From a virus (taxonomy: Duplodnaviria > Caudoviricetes): a stretch of 64,000 nucleotides of DNA. This document shows, piece by piece, positions 1 through 9,718 of the stretch. The notes under the pieces were generated by a model. That model did not search any database, had not been told where the DNA came from, and saw nothing but the letters and a program-made list of their open reading frames with translations. Position 1 is the first letter of the stretch. Each line of letters starts with the position of its first letter. The DNA lies in IMG/VR virus record IMGVR_UViG_3300034279_001754, positions 1-64,000 of that record; one strand, 5' to 3'. Position numbers and translations under genes: made by a program.

Positions 1-193
1 CGGAAAGCTTCGATTGCTCCCGGTGTGGTTCCGGGGGGATAGTTGTAGGCCAATGGTTTAGTCATTGCGGTATGTGAATATGGGTGATGAATCATTTTGT
101 AGTTGGGTGTCGGATGTTTTAGTGAATGGTTGTGGATGTCTGGGGGAGAACAATGGTGGGGGCATTAGTGTTCTATGAGCCTAGGAAGGATGT

Positions 194-562
194 TTATTGA
201 GAGTTTCGGCCCCCATCATTGGCCACTTGTTTGGTACGTCCGCAAACATAACCTTTTAGAAAGGCCACAAAGGATGAACCAATTGGCGTGTCTCCCATGA
301 CCACTGTTGCAATACGCCCCGTCGATACAGAATGTGTCCCCTCGATAGATGCTGTAAGATGAGCGGTATCATCCTCAGTCATTGGCCAAATGGCCAGGAA
401 GTCTCTTAAGGCGCCATTCCAGTATATCTTGTCGGTTGCTGTTAACGGGGGCATTAAGTGGTCTGGTTTGTCTTTTTCCATGGAAGGGTCAATAGTAGCG
501 AATGGGGCGGTGGACATATAAGGTGTTAGCAAGGCCAAGGATACCAAGTATGATGGCAACAA
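194..562 (-). CDS. hypothetical protein (true start possibly MEKDK near 481)
   Basis: Minus-strand ORF; no recognised motif. Confidence 0.45.
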   Translation of the reverse strand: MLPSYLVSLALLTPYMSTAPFATIDPSMEKDKPDHLMPPLTATDKIYWNGALRDFLAIWPMTEDDTAHLTASIEGTHSVSTGRIATVVMGDTPIGSSFVAFLKGYVCGRTKQVANDGGRNSQ

Positions 563-932
563 CTGATGGAAAACCTGCAGATTTTCTAACTCCGATGGAA
601 ATTGCGAGCCAACTTACCAGACACTGCAAGGCGAAGATTACCGCCAGGATAGCCACATGGGTTTGTTTCCTATAATTACGAATTACCAAATTGTATGTTC
701 TAAAAGCTTTGGCCAGATGGCTAATGGGACAGTGAATGTAGCAGGTAACGGCAAGGAGTGTGATAGCGTAGGATACCAGAACGGAATTCACAGGAGTAGC
801 CATGACCCCCAGAAACAAAGTGACAAAAGCAATTAAACAGTGGAAAGCAAAAATAATTGTTAGTTCCAGAGTGGAATTTCTTTGCCTATAGCGGCGAATG
901 TGCCAATTTGCGTAACGGATTAGGGGGAGCAT
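489..932 (-). CDS. putative multi-pass membrane protein
   Basis: About four hydrophobic segments; ATG preceded by AT-rich leader. Confidence 0.45.
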   Translation of the reverse strand: MLPLIRYANWHIRRYRQRNSTLELTIIFAFHCLIAFVTLFLGVMATPVNSVLVSYAITLLAVTCYIHCPISHLAKAFRTYNLVIRNYRKQTHVAILAVIFALQCLVSWLAISIGVRKSAGFPSVVAIILGILGLANTLYVHRPIRYY

Positions 933-988
933 TTTATTTCAGGGGTAAACTTTTGGGCATCAGCCACCGGGTCCTTTGGGCACTGGCA

Positions 989-2086
989 TCAGCCACTCTT
1001 CTTCCCCTTGGATAAGAGCCATTCATTACTAATGGCCTTGAAGGAAAACTCAGAATCATTGGACTTAAATACTAGGCCTTCGCGTTTAACTTTGGGGTTC
1101 ATGGACGGGCCATCGGCGTACGCCAGTAGCTCATCAAGGTTGGCAAAACTATCAGTTACACACATTGCGGGGTGTAGGACGGGGGCATGAGTCAAATCGG
1201 CACCCAATGGAACTAAGTGCTCATTTAAAATGTTCATTCTGGCCCCTGGCTTCATGTAGGTCTGGTTGTCGATATCGAAAATATCAAACAGGAAAAGCCG
1301 TTGTCCCTTGATTCCTTCCTGATTGCCCTGGATGCCTTCTCCAAGGGTTTCCGACTGCAAGGCAATACTGTGACCAGTCTTCCCATTGTATGCAAGCATA
1401 GCATCGATGATACCCTGGGTCCTAGCAGCCTTCCAGAAACTATTGCCTTCGGTTTCCTTGAGATCAAGGTTACGGCTGCACACCCCAATGTCACCGTCTT
1501 TGACGTAGATAGTACATGAGGACCCGTCCAGCTTCACGGTAACTTCGTAAGTTTCCCCCTTGTGGCGCTCAAAGATTTCGTCCACAATATTTTGGGCCCT
1601 AGACTGATCAGTCCTAGGAATCCAGCTAGGGAAGTTGCCTCTTACAGTGCCAGCCAAACAAGCCGGTACAGGAGCCTCCCATTTCTGAATGCCGAGAATT
1701 TCGGTTACGTCATCACCCTCCTTTATAAAACGTAAGCAACCTTCATCATCCCTAACTTGGAAGAATCCCCCATTCAGTGTCTCCGCAAATGGCAACAGTA
1801 GACCTTGTGACAGGGTTCCCTTCAGCCGGATAGTCCGCAGCTTCTCCCCTTTAACTCCATTATACTCACGGGGTTCTTTCCCATTAGAAAGGAAGGGCGC
1901 CAACTCGTGAGGAATAAATGAGTCGGGTTCTGCGTAAATTACTAAATCCCCAACCTCATATTTCCCCACAGAGTCAACTACCCACCAGCCATTCACACGG
2001 TAGGCACAGATTCTATCGGCTTTAGGGATGGGGCGAATTTCCGCGATGCGTTGGACAGATGCAAGTTTGCGTTCGATGTTTGCCAT
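989..2086 (-). CDS. ATP-dependent RNA ligase, DRB0094/Rnl5 family
   Basis: N-terminal RKLASVQRIAEIRPIPKADRI OB-like domain; motif I KLDGSS; REGLVFK and FKAISN motifs. Confidence 0.92.
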   Translation of the reverse strand: MANIERKLASVQRIAEIRPIPKADRICAYRVNGWWVVDSVGKYEVGDLVIYAEPDSFIPHELAPFLSNGKEPREYNGVKGEKLRTIRLKGTLSQGLLLPFAETLNGGFFQVRDDEGCLRFIKEGDDVTEILGIQKWEAPVPACLAGTVRGNFPSWIPRTDQSRAQNIVDEIFERHKGETYEVTVKLDGSSCTIYVKDGDIGVCSRNLDLKETEGNSFWKAARTQGIIDAMLAYNGKTGHSIALQSETLGEGIQGNQEGIKGQRLFLFDIFDIDNQTYMKPGARMNILNEHLVPLGADLTHAPVLHPAMCVTDSFANLDELLAYADGPSMNPKVKREGLVFKSNDSEFSFKAISNEWLLSKGKKSG

Positions 2087-2181
2087 GTTGACTTCGGGGG
2101 TTTGACTCTGGGGGGGGTTTGTAGCCCGGTATTTGACTTCGGTGTTAATCTAGTAGGTACTTACGAATTGGAAGGGAAAAT

Positions 2182-2658
2182 TCAAGTTAAGGGTTTCTCA
2201 GACTTTGCGGCATTGATTCTCTCCACTTGGGCCTTGGCGTAATGACATACGGCTTTTCGGATAAGGTCAGATCTAGCGATTCCCTCTTCCTCCGCAAGAA
2301 TTTTCACTGCCTCATAAAAGGTTTTAGATACGCGAAGATCAATATTTATAAGTTTTTGGGGTTCATCTTCGGTGGTTCCAATACCTGTATCAAAACATTC
2401 GCTTTGTTTCACTTCCGTAGAAGCTCCCTCAAGCTCATTCCATTGTGTCACGGCCTTCGGTTTCTGAATCCAATCAGCTGGATTGCCGACGGTAGAAGCC
2501 GCAAAGTCAATGTCCAAAGTCATGTTATCTTTGTTGACGCGGGGGACCCCATAACGGACCACAGAGCCCCGGGGAACAGCGTAATGCTCATTGCCAACCC
2601 AGTTCCAAAACTCAACGAGATCAATTTCGATTGTTCCTTCAGATGTGAATGTGGCCAT
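2182..2658 (-). CDS. hypothetical protein with C-terminal ribbon-helix-helix (CopG-like) domain
   Basis: INIDLRVSKTFYEAVKILAEEEGIARSDLIRKAV fits the RHH pattern. Confidence 0.65.
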   Translation of the reverse strand: MATFTSEGTIEIDLVEFWNWVGNEHYAVPRGSVVRYGVPRVNKDNMTLDIDFAASTVGNPADWIQKPKAVTQWNELEGASTEVKQSECFDTGIGTTEDEPQKLINIDLRVSKTFYEAVKILAEEEGIARSDLIRKAVCHYAKAQVERINAAKSEKPLT

Positions 2659-2788
2659 TTGTGGTTTGGTGGTTGTTGAGAGGTAAAGGGATGCTAACGA
2701 GATCAGTGTAGCACGCTTTTGGATCGGTGACTGGAATCAGGATGTTGCAATCATCATAGCGCGTTATGGATGTTGCTGCTAAACGGCA

Positions 2789-3088
2789 TTAGGCTTGGGC
2801 GGGCCCTAGCCCACCGTAAATGGGGTCAATAAATGCACCCAAGTTGCCATCCGGCTGGACTACATCCGCTACCATCATAAGTGCCCTATGACAGTCCCGT
2901 CTTTGACGAATTCCGCCTAGTTTGTATGCAGATAGAGCGTAAGATTGGGCTAATTCTAGGAACGAATCGCGGATGCCTGGCGGTAACTTTTCGATTTTGT
3001 TTCGGGTTTCCTCGGGAATACCCAACCAAAGTGCTTCTAGGTCGGCTTCCGTTTTATAGTCGGGGATGGAAATCAGGATGTTGGTCAT
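2789..3088 (-). CDS. hypothetical protein
   Basis: Minus-strand ORF downstream of a TATGAT -10 element. Confidence 0.65.
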   Translation of the reverse strand: MTNILISIPDYKTEADLEALWLGIPEETRNKIEKLPPGIRDSFLELAQSYALSAYKLGGIRQRRDCHRALMMVADVVQPDGNLGAFIDPIYGGLGPAQA

Positions 3089-3144
3089 TGGGCGATGGTG
3101 ATGTGGTGGGATGATGCAGTCATCATAGCACGTTTTCTCAGGGT

Positions 3145-3510
3145 TTATGCCTGGCTAGCCTTAGCAGCTTCCACAACCTGACGCAACCGGAACACTGTTG
3201 CACGGTCTGGCAAGCGCCTACTGTGCCAATCGTAATTGAGGTCGAAATTAATATCCTCCCAAGTGTAACCATAGGCGAACGGAAAAGTACCAACCCAAAG
3301 CCTTAAGTCCCCTAACAGGATTGTGTAGACCACTCTACCATTATAACCCCGCTCCAAAATAAGGCCCGTATCAGGATCATCCAGAAGTTGATTTATTTTT
3401 TGAGAGTGAGTTTTAGAAGTCCTATAGTTGCGTATGTATGTTCCAAAATGTGTCCAATAGAGAATTTTATCCCTAATACTAGATTCGATAGCAATGTCAG
3501 AGATTTTCAT
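3145..3510 (-). CDS. hypothetical protein
   Basis: Minus-strand ORF downstream of the promoter cassette at 3557-3616. Confidence 0.7.
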   Translation of the reverse strand: MKISDIAIESSIRDKILYWTHFGTYIRNYRTSKTHSQKINQLLDDPDTGLILERGYNGRVVYTILLGDLRLWVGTFPFAYGYTWEDINFDLNYDWHSRRLPDRATVFRLRQVVEAAKASQA

Positions 3511-3618
3511 TGTTTGTCCTTCAGTGTTTGTTTTGGTGGGGTTTACGCGGTAAACCTAGCATTTTCGCCATGTAAAAACAAGGGTGCGAACCGAACCGGC
3601 TAGGCCGGTTAACCGCTC

Positions 3619-4512
3619 TCACGCCAATAGTTCCTGGCGGACTTCTTCCCTTAACGCTGCGATTTTGCCAAGAGCAGAAGTGTAAGCAGAACGAGAAGTT
3701 TTCACAGGTGAAATACCCGACACCGCCCTATAAATATCATCCAGGTCACTAAGCACTTCTCCAGCATTTTTCAGATTTGGCTTAGTCCGGTGCTTTGCGA
3801 TAAACAGTTTTACTTCGGTTTCAACTCGCTTTTGAATCCGTTCTTTTTCTTGCTTGCACTGCTCTAACGTACCGATGAAAGCATAGGCACGAGAATAATC
3901 CATGTCATTAAACCCCAGGTAAATACCATCGATTTGTGCAAATCGAATTCCTGATGAGGTAGCTCCACCCAGTGTGTAGGTTAACCCGTGGGTTTCACAA
4001 TAAGCCTTAAATTCTCGAACCGAAATTGCAAGGCGATCTAGAGAGTATAGGTGTGCCTTAGAGACCATTCCGGGTGCGTTCCATAGGGACCGGATGTCGG
4101 GGTCACCAGAGTTCGTTCTAACTTCGGTCAGTTCAAGTGTTACAGATTCTCTATCGAATTTGTCCTCAGTATAAACTGGAGTCCAGGTTTTGAGGAAACG
4201 TCTATAGGAGAACTCCTGGTCAAGATCCGAGAAAGAATAACAATCGCTGTATTCGCTGTCTTCTGTAGCTCCGACTAAAAGCGAACTCTTTTCCGACGTA
4301 TAGGATTCAACAGATTTGATCTCCCCCTGTTCATCCACGTAATGTGAGATTACGCCAGGGATTTTTCGGACGCTTTTGATGCTTAATGGGTCTGAAACAA
4401 CGAAAGTATTTGCACTTACTGGGACCCCGTCTACTTCCAGGCTGTGATAGTCCCTAGTAACAAGGTAGCTCCCCTCATTAACAAGGTGAATGGCTTTTAG
4501 ATTTACGGTCAT
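3619..4512 (-). CDS. hypothetical protein
   Basis: Long ORF; start MTVNLK chosen because the longer ORF runs through the promoter palindrome at 4611-4626. Confidence 0.75.
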   Translation of the reverse strand: MTVNLKAIHLVNEGSYLVTRDYHSLEVDGVPVSANTFVVSDPLSIKSVRKIPGVISHYVDEQGEIKSVESYTSEKSSLLVGATEDSEYSDCYSFSDLDQEFSYRRFLKTWTPVYTEDKFDRESVTLELTEVRTNSGDPDIRSLWNAPGMVSKAHLYSLDRLAISVREFKAYCETHGLTYTLGGATSSGIRFAQIDGIYLGFNDMDYSRAYAFIGTLEQCKQEKERIQKRVETEVKLFIAKHRTKPNLKNAGEVLSDLDDIYRAVSGISPVKTSRSAYTSALGKIAALREEVRQELLA

Positions 4513-4934
4513 TGGTTTGGGTTGGTGTTGTCGGGAGCCCTTGTCCACGATAATCGGGGCTTTTTCTTCGGAGTCCCCCCAAGTATAGGGCTTTTTCTTT
4601 GCTAAGAAAAGGGCGGTTAACCGCCCCACATCGCAACGAGAAGAGTTGGGGTATTTATTCAACGTCTAATTTGTATATATCGTCTAAAATAACGCTAACA
4701 TCAATTTCGTCTTCTGGCTCATCTTCCCCCTTCAACCCGAAAGTAATCATAGTAATTCTCTAGATATGTGGCCAAGTCTTCCAGTGCCTCTTCCATCGTA
4801 TGGAATCCAAACCATTTCGACTCATGGTGTTTTCTCGCAAGGTTCGAAGAAGGATTCAACTGCCAAGTCCACCGATCCCACCATTCACCCTCATCTCTTT
4901 TCGGAGCGTGGGAAATTGTTTGCCTTTAGTTACC

Positions 4935-5249
4935 TTACGAGTCAATTACAGGATACAGCAGTTTCAAGGTATTTTCCGCGCCCCAACTTTGTATTAGGGG
5001 TCCACTCTTATGGCTTGACAGTTTCTGTTTGTCCCTCCTGTAGACTTTAAAGCATTGCACCATAGCGTAACCTGGTGCGTCGGGATGAGGGAAGTACTCC
5101 TTAACAATTTCAAAAAGTTCAAATTCTAGGCCGTCACTTTTAGTAAAGTAGCATATATGTTTCGTCTTTAGTGGAGGGTCATCGGTGTTTACAAAGTAAA
5201 CATGTGTTTGCTCTTCGTTATTTTCTGTAACTTGTTTACGGTCAGTCAT
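4935..5249 (-). CDS. hypothetical protein
   Basis: ORF starting MTDRKQV, the same N-terminus as 11848..12132. Confidence 0.65.
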   Translation of the reverse strand: MTDRKQVTENNEEQTHVYFVNTDDPPLKTKHICYFTKSDGLEFELFEIVKEYFPHPDAPGYAMVQCFKVYRRDKQKLSSHKSGPLIQSWGAENTLKLLYPVIDS

Positions 5250-5339
5250 TGTTAGCGATCAGAAAAGTCGGGAGTATCCAAATAAGTATAGCGGTATTGT
5301 AGACCTATGGCAAGGTCGGTTAACCGCCCTGCCCCCTCT

Positions 5340-5585
5340 TTTACTTTCTGGGGCCGACCGCAGACCCAAACTTATTGCAAGTCTTGACATCGACCCAAGG
5401 TCTTCACGACCTCTTTTAGTTCTAAAAATTTCCAGTGAATCTACCCGTGTGCCACCCCATTCATCAATGTAAACTTTGTGGTGATCCCGTCATTGTAACA
5501 ACGGATCGTGGACCCCCCCTGTCTTTAGCCAATGGGCAGTGTCTTCGAGCCACTCGCTGAATTTTTGTTTTAATTTTTCAAACAT
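5340..5585 (-). pseudogene. possible interrupted small gene (in-frame TGA at 5490-5492); 3' end uncertain
   Basis: MFEKLKQKFSEWLED...LLQ*RDHHKVYIDEW... the frame continues past the stop. Confidence 0.35.
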
Positions 5586-5813
5586 GTTGGTAACTAGAAA
5601 GAGTCCAAGTCTATGCGATCCCCTAAAATCAGTTCCTCAGGCAACAACCCTTTGGCCACAACTTCCTGATGGTCTGTGCAACGATCAAAAGCCAAGGGCC
5701 TTGCTTTGTAACAATTCCATAACAACAGATTCCGAAACCATCCACCCGGTCGCATGTCTAGTTTGGATGCGATTTCAGGCGTTATCTTTTGTATTGGTAT
5801 CACAATGACTGGT

Positions 5814-6113
5814 TCAAGTTTCGGCAACATCACCATTGGTAACATTCCCGATGTCATTAACTTTAAGGCAATCGCCTTGGCATGGGCACCCGTAGATTTC
5901 ATTTTCCAGGGGTCGCCCAGCTTTGAGGTCACCTATGTAACAACAAGCTTCTTCCATTATGGTTGCCATATCTGGCATTACTTCCGAATAGTAATCCCCT
6001 AAGCAACCTTGAGCGGCTTTACAGGAAGGTAGCCACGTCCAAAGATCGTAGGCTTTGTCTTGTCTTTCCTCCAATTGTTTGGAGAACCTAATTAAATCTC
6101 CTTCGAGTGACAT
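5814..6113 (-). CDS. hypothetical protein
   Basis: ORF downstream of a TATACT promoter. Confidence 0.65.
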   Translation of the reverse strand: MSLEGDLIRFSKQLEERQDKAYDLWTWLPSCKAAQGCLGDYYSEVMPDMATIMEEACCYIGDLKAGRPLENEIYGCPCQGDCLKVNDIGNVTNGDVAET

Positions 6114-6235
6114 TTTGATTGAGTGTAGGGTAGCTGAGGGGGTATGGACTCACACCTAGTATAGGAGACCCTAAGGCAAATGACTAGTGGTGAAAACCGA
6201 ACATGCCACCCTGGCCAAACTCCCCCTAGCCACTT

Positions 6236-6490
6236 CTATTTGGGATGAACAAGGTTCGTCAAATCCGCAGGCTGTAGTTCTACCATGTAGATTGAATTCC
6301 GGAGGATAAACGGATTCAGCACAATTGCATTACCTTTTTCATCCTGTAAGGTATAGGAATTATCTTCCTTATGGCATCCATCCCCTAGCTCTTCCAGCTC
6401 TGTGGTTAAGACTTCGTACCTCTCCCTGGAATAAGGCTCGTGTCTTGTTGCGATGATTCCGAAATCTTTTGTAATAATTTTTACTCTCAT
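6236..6490 (-). CDS. hypothetical protein, resembles 52168..52368
   Basis: Shared MxxKxIT..G start and P.vlrNS C-terminal pattern. Confidence 0.65.
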   Translation of the reverse strand: MRVKIITKDFGIIATRHEPYSRERYEVLTTELEELGDGCHKEDNSYTLQDEKGNAIVLNPFILRNSIYMVELQPADLTNLVHPK

Positions 6491-6521
6491 TTTGCTTTCG
6501 GGTATGTGAATTCAGTAGTTG

Positions 6522-7370
6522 TCAATCTTCGTCATTATCGTCGTCATCGTCGTCATCGTTGCCATCGGTATCATCCTCGATGTCATCATCATCGTCATCA
6601 TCATCATCATCATCATCACCACCGGTACCGAACCAGCCATCGTCCCCATCGGTATCTTCCTCGATATCGTCATCATCACTACCGGCATCATCATCATCAT
6701 CATCATCCCTAAGTCTCAAAACTCTGGCTGACCTATAATTAAAGGTCTTGTTGGGGTCCCCGCCTAATTTTTTCATCCTGTTATATTGAGCTTCAATCTC
6801 GCCAAACTCTACCATTTTAGCCAACAAGTATAGCCTCTCACAAGAGGAAATAAAAGTAGTAGCCGACCCGCAGAGATAAGTCAAACGGGCTTCTTCCATA
6901 ATTTTTTCTTTATCGTCAGGGTTATCATCGAGCCAAACAAGCATCTTTTTATATGCGTCTTTGCTATTCTTGTGCCAGATCTTGCTAGATGTTTTTTCTT
7001 TTCCTTTCCAAGACGGTGATGGAACTTCTAGCCAATCTGGATATTCCCCTATGAAGCGACTTCGGACGATTCTGGTGATACTTTGAGTGTGCCTGGCCCC
7101 GGAAATTACCCTAATCTCTTCAATCAGGTCCTTGGCATCTTGAAATTCTTTGAATAGCTTTTTAAGACTCCTCATTGCATTAGGGTAGTTATCACTCCCC
7201 ATTGCTTCGGTGAAGGCATCAAGCTTCTCTTTGTACTGGGCAAGGAGTTTAAATCTGGATTGTATTACCCTAATAGCATTAATTAGAAGCTTAGTGTCGG
7301 TTAGCTTCATTAGTTCGTCTTGAACTTCAAGGAGATAAGTCCTTGAGTATTTCATATTTTGTATCGTCAT
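6522..7370 (-). CDS. hypothetical protein with Asp-rich C-terminal tail
   Basis: 282-aa ORF; the last ~60 residues are mostly D/E and contain a duplicated DDIEEDTDG/DDIEDDTDG unit. Confidence 0.8.
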   Translation of the reverse strand: MTIQNMKYSRTYLLEVQDELMKLTDTKLLINAIRVIQSRFKLLAQYKEKLDAFTEAMGSDNYPNAMRSLKKLFKEFQDAKDLIEEIRVISGARHTQSITRIVRSRFIGEYPDWLEVPSPSWKGKEKTSSKIWHKNSKDAYKKMLVWLDDNPDDKEKIMEEARLTYLCGSATTFISSCERLYLLAKMVEFGEIEAQYNRMKKLGGDPNKTFNYRSARVLRLRDDDDDDDAGSDDDDIEEDTDGDDGWFGTGGDDDDDDDDDDDDIEDDTDGNDDDDDDDNDED

Positions 7371-7510
7371 TTTGTTTCGTAGTAGTTTTGGTTTAAGGGG
7401 ATTTTACTGCTTAGATTTTACCCCTTGCTATTGGGTTAATTGCTGTTGGGACGAATGGGGTATAGGCTAACTCTCGCCTGAGTAAGATGTTCGTCTTGTG
7501 TCCAAATAGT

Positions 7511-7867
7511 TCAATCCCCGTGCCTATCACCCAATCGACCCTTAAGTAGACGCTTTATGGTATCTCCATGACAACGCTTCGGGGCGCAATGGCAGATTAG
7601 CTCTAGTGTTTGAACTTCGGGATTTCTAGCAATTGCAAGCAACTGCTGGAATTGGGCTAATTCTGCCTCTTTCTGTAACAATTTAGGTGGCAACCATTGC
7701 TCATAAGCATCACACACCCGGTCCCTTTCTGCTTGGCTATAGTCGGCCATTACGAAAGGGTTCCCCAAAGATGTGCTGCGATTTATTGCCGCTCTAACGG
7801 TACCTTTAGGTGGTGCTAAGGGTCTTCCGCTAATGCTTTTCTTATTGACTACTTTGATTTCAGCCAT
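7511..7867 (-). CDS. DUF4326 domain protein
   Basis: R..LGNPF, RD.VCDAY..W and L.CHCAPKRCHGD signature. Confidence 0.9.
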   Translation of the reverse strand: MAEIKVVNKKSISGRPLAPPKGTVRAAINRSTSLGNPFVMADYSQAERDRVCDAYEQWLPPKLLQKEAELAQFQQLLAIARNPEVQTLELICHCAPKRCHGDTIKRLLKGRLGDRHGD

Positions 7868-8341
7868 TTATGCTATGTGTTGAAAAGAACTAGGAGTGGC
7901 TACCAACAATCCCTTAAACTCACGATTGGGTGGGCAATATCGTTTTGTCAAGTCTTTGGGGTCTCCCTCATCGTAGATTACCTCTTTACCATCTTCATCC
8001 ATCAATTTCTCAACGAATACGTGACCATTATGGACACTCTGAATAAGGTAAACAGAGTGGGTTTGAATGAATACCGATTTAAGATTGGGGAAACATACTA
8101 CCATTCGCTCAGGAATAGCCCTCAGTTCTAGCAAGTTTGCCCATCGCTCGGGGTACTCAAGGTCGAATTCTTCTACGGTGAGATCCACTTCGCATTTGTC
8201 AAACATCTGCTTAAGGATGTTCATTCCACGGTATTGAAACATGTATGAAATACTGTCTCGAAGGTTCGGACGAGTAGCCACTTGAACTGTGAAGTCAATT
8301 TCTTGACCCTGGGCGTTAACATAATGTGGAGACTTTGCCAT
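7868..8341 (-). CDS. hypothetical protein
   Basis: ORF; probable start MAKSPH. Confidence 0.65.
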   Translation of the reverse strand: MAKSPHYVNAQGQEIDFTVQVATRPNLRDSISYMFQYRGMNILKQMFDKCEVDLTVEEFDLEYPERWANLLELRAIPERMVVCFPNLKSVFIQTHSVYLIQSVHNGHVFVEKLMDEDGKEVIYDEGDPKDLTKRYCPPNREFKGLLVATPSSFQHIA

Positions 8342-8367
8342 TTTATTGAGGGTTAGAAATCGGGGAG

Positions 8368-8583
8368 TCAATCCAAGGGGAACAACTCGATTGTCACGGT
8401 GATGTTTGCCTCCATCTTGAACTTCGTAAAGCCAATATTCCAATGTGCATCACCGACACGATAGTGTTTTTGATCCAGAGTTAACGTGCTTCCTTTTGCA
8501 GGGATGGCGCCCATCACTACCCGGTAGTCACATTCGATGACTTTATTTCCGAGGTGGGCGTTTGTGAATGTGATTTCGTACAT
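8368..8583 (-). CDS. hypothetical protein
   Basis: ORF; probable start MYEITF. Confidence 0.6.
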   Translation of the reverse strand: MYEITFTNAHLGNKVIECDYRVVMGAIPAKGSTLTLDQKHYRVGDAHWNIGFTKFKMEANITVTIELFPLD

Positions 8584-8700
8584 TTTTTTGGGGGGTAGAG
8601 TAGAGTAATTTTCAGACTGATTCAGTGGGGCCATAGCCGTAGACGTATGTTGGCATTGACATTTTGTAGGGGGTTGTTAGTGAGATTAGAAACCGGTGAG

Positions 8701-9306
8701 TCAACCCAAAGGCTTCCTAATCTCAAATCCAGCTACGCTCTGGAAAAGCATTAAACCCTTTGGGCAAGGTTCACCAGAAACTTTCTCTCTAAGGGACATA
8801 AACCTGACGTAATCATTATTTCGTTCATAGAAGTCCATCCAAGAATTAAATTGACCTTCACTGATTGCGAAAATTGCTCCGTCCTTATATGCCTTCATTA
8901 AGGCCCACCCATACCACAATCGGATGACCCCAAAAAGTCTAAGATCAGGGTGTGCGTTCCTTAAGAAGGCTTTTATGGCGGTTTTCAAGTCAATGCTTTT
9001 AACTTCAGGCTTTATATTATATAAGTCAAAGTCCCCATCATTGCTTAAAGTTGAATCATCAAACTGGTCTTTGAGGCTGAGGTATTGCTCTAATTGTGCT
9101 TGGGATAGAAATTTCCCTTGGCTGAGTGCAAAAACGGCCCCCGACTCAAAGGATTCTTTTAGGGCCCATTTCCCCCAAAGATAATAAGGAACCTCCCTGC
9201 TTCTTCTATCACAGCGAGTTTCCATGGCTCCCTTAAACTCCCTTGAAGCCCGGTTAAGCCCCCAGGATTGGATATTGGTGATTTTATCAAAGAGTTGGGG
9301 GTTCAT
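8701..9306 (-). CDS. hypothetical protein with internal duplication
   Basis: LW..WAL......GA.FA.S.G.F occurs twice. Confidence 0.7.
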   Translation of the reverse strand: MNPQLFDKITNIQSWGLNRASREFKGAMETRCDRRSREVPYYLWGKWALKESFESGAVFALSQGKFLSQAQLEQYLSLKDQFDDSTLSNDGDFDLYNIKPEVKSIDLKTAIKAFLRNAHPDLRLFGVIRLWYGWALMKAYKDGAIFAISEGQFNSWMDFYERNNDYVRFMSLREKVSGEPCPKGLMLFQSVAGFEIRKPLG

Positions 9307-9340
9307 CGGGCTTATGCTGTTCGTAAAAGAAGGAAGGAAT

Positions 9341-9629
9341 TTACCAACTATGTTGAAATCGAATTTTATGAACACCTTGGGGAATCTCCGAAAGGATGAT
9401 CTCATAGCCTTTGGAACCAGGGTAAGGGACAACTTCATGGACCGGGATTTTTACTTCCAGGGTACTATCTGGGTCGATACACTCGGGTCTGATACCGTCG
9501 AAATAATCCGAAGTTTCTTCCGGCAAGGACACCCCCGACTTCGCGGCAAACTTTTAGAACTTTGAGGTGTTTTTGATGCTCTGCATCGTCAGGGGAACGG
9601 TAGCCTTTGACGTAGGTTGACATTGACAT
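9341..9629 (-). pseudogene. frameshifted small phage gene (one extra base in a G5 run at 9532-9536)
   Basis: Removing one G joins MSMSTYVKGYRSPDD...VCREVG to VSLPEETSDYF...HSW. Confidence 0.6.
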
Positions 9630-9718
9630 TTTGTTGGGGGGTTGTTTTTGTAGTGGGGTTGGGGAATCTGGGCATCAATCCGGAGTCATCAACCCGAAGT
9701 CACCAATCCAGGGCCATC

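Noticed and set aside
6440-6731. His-rich, Ile-rich and Met-rich ORFs
   Set aside because: Alternative-frame shadows of the GAT/GAC repeats encoding the poly-Asp tail
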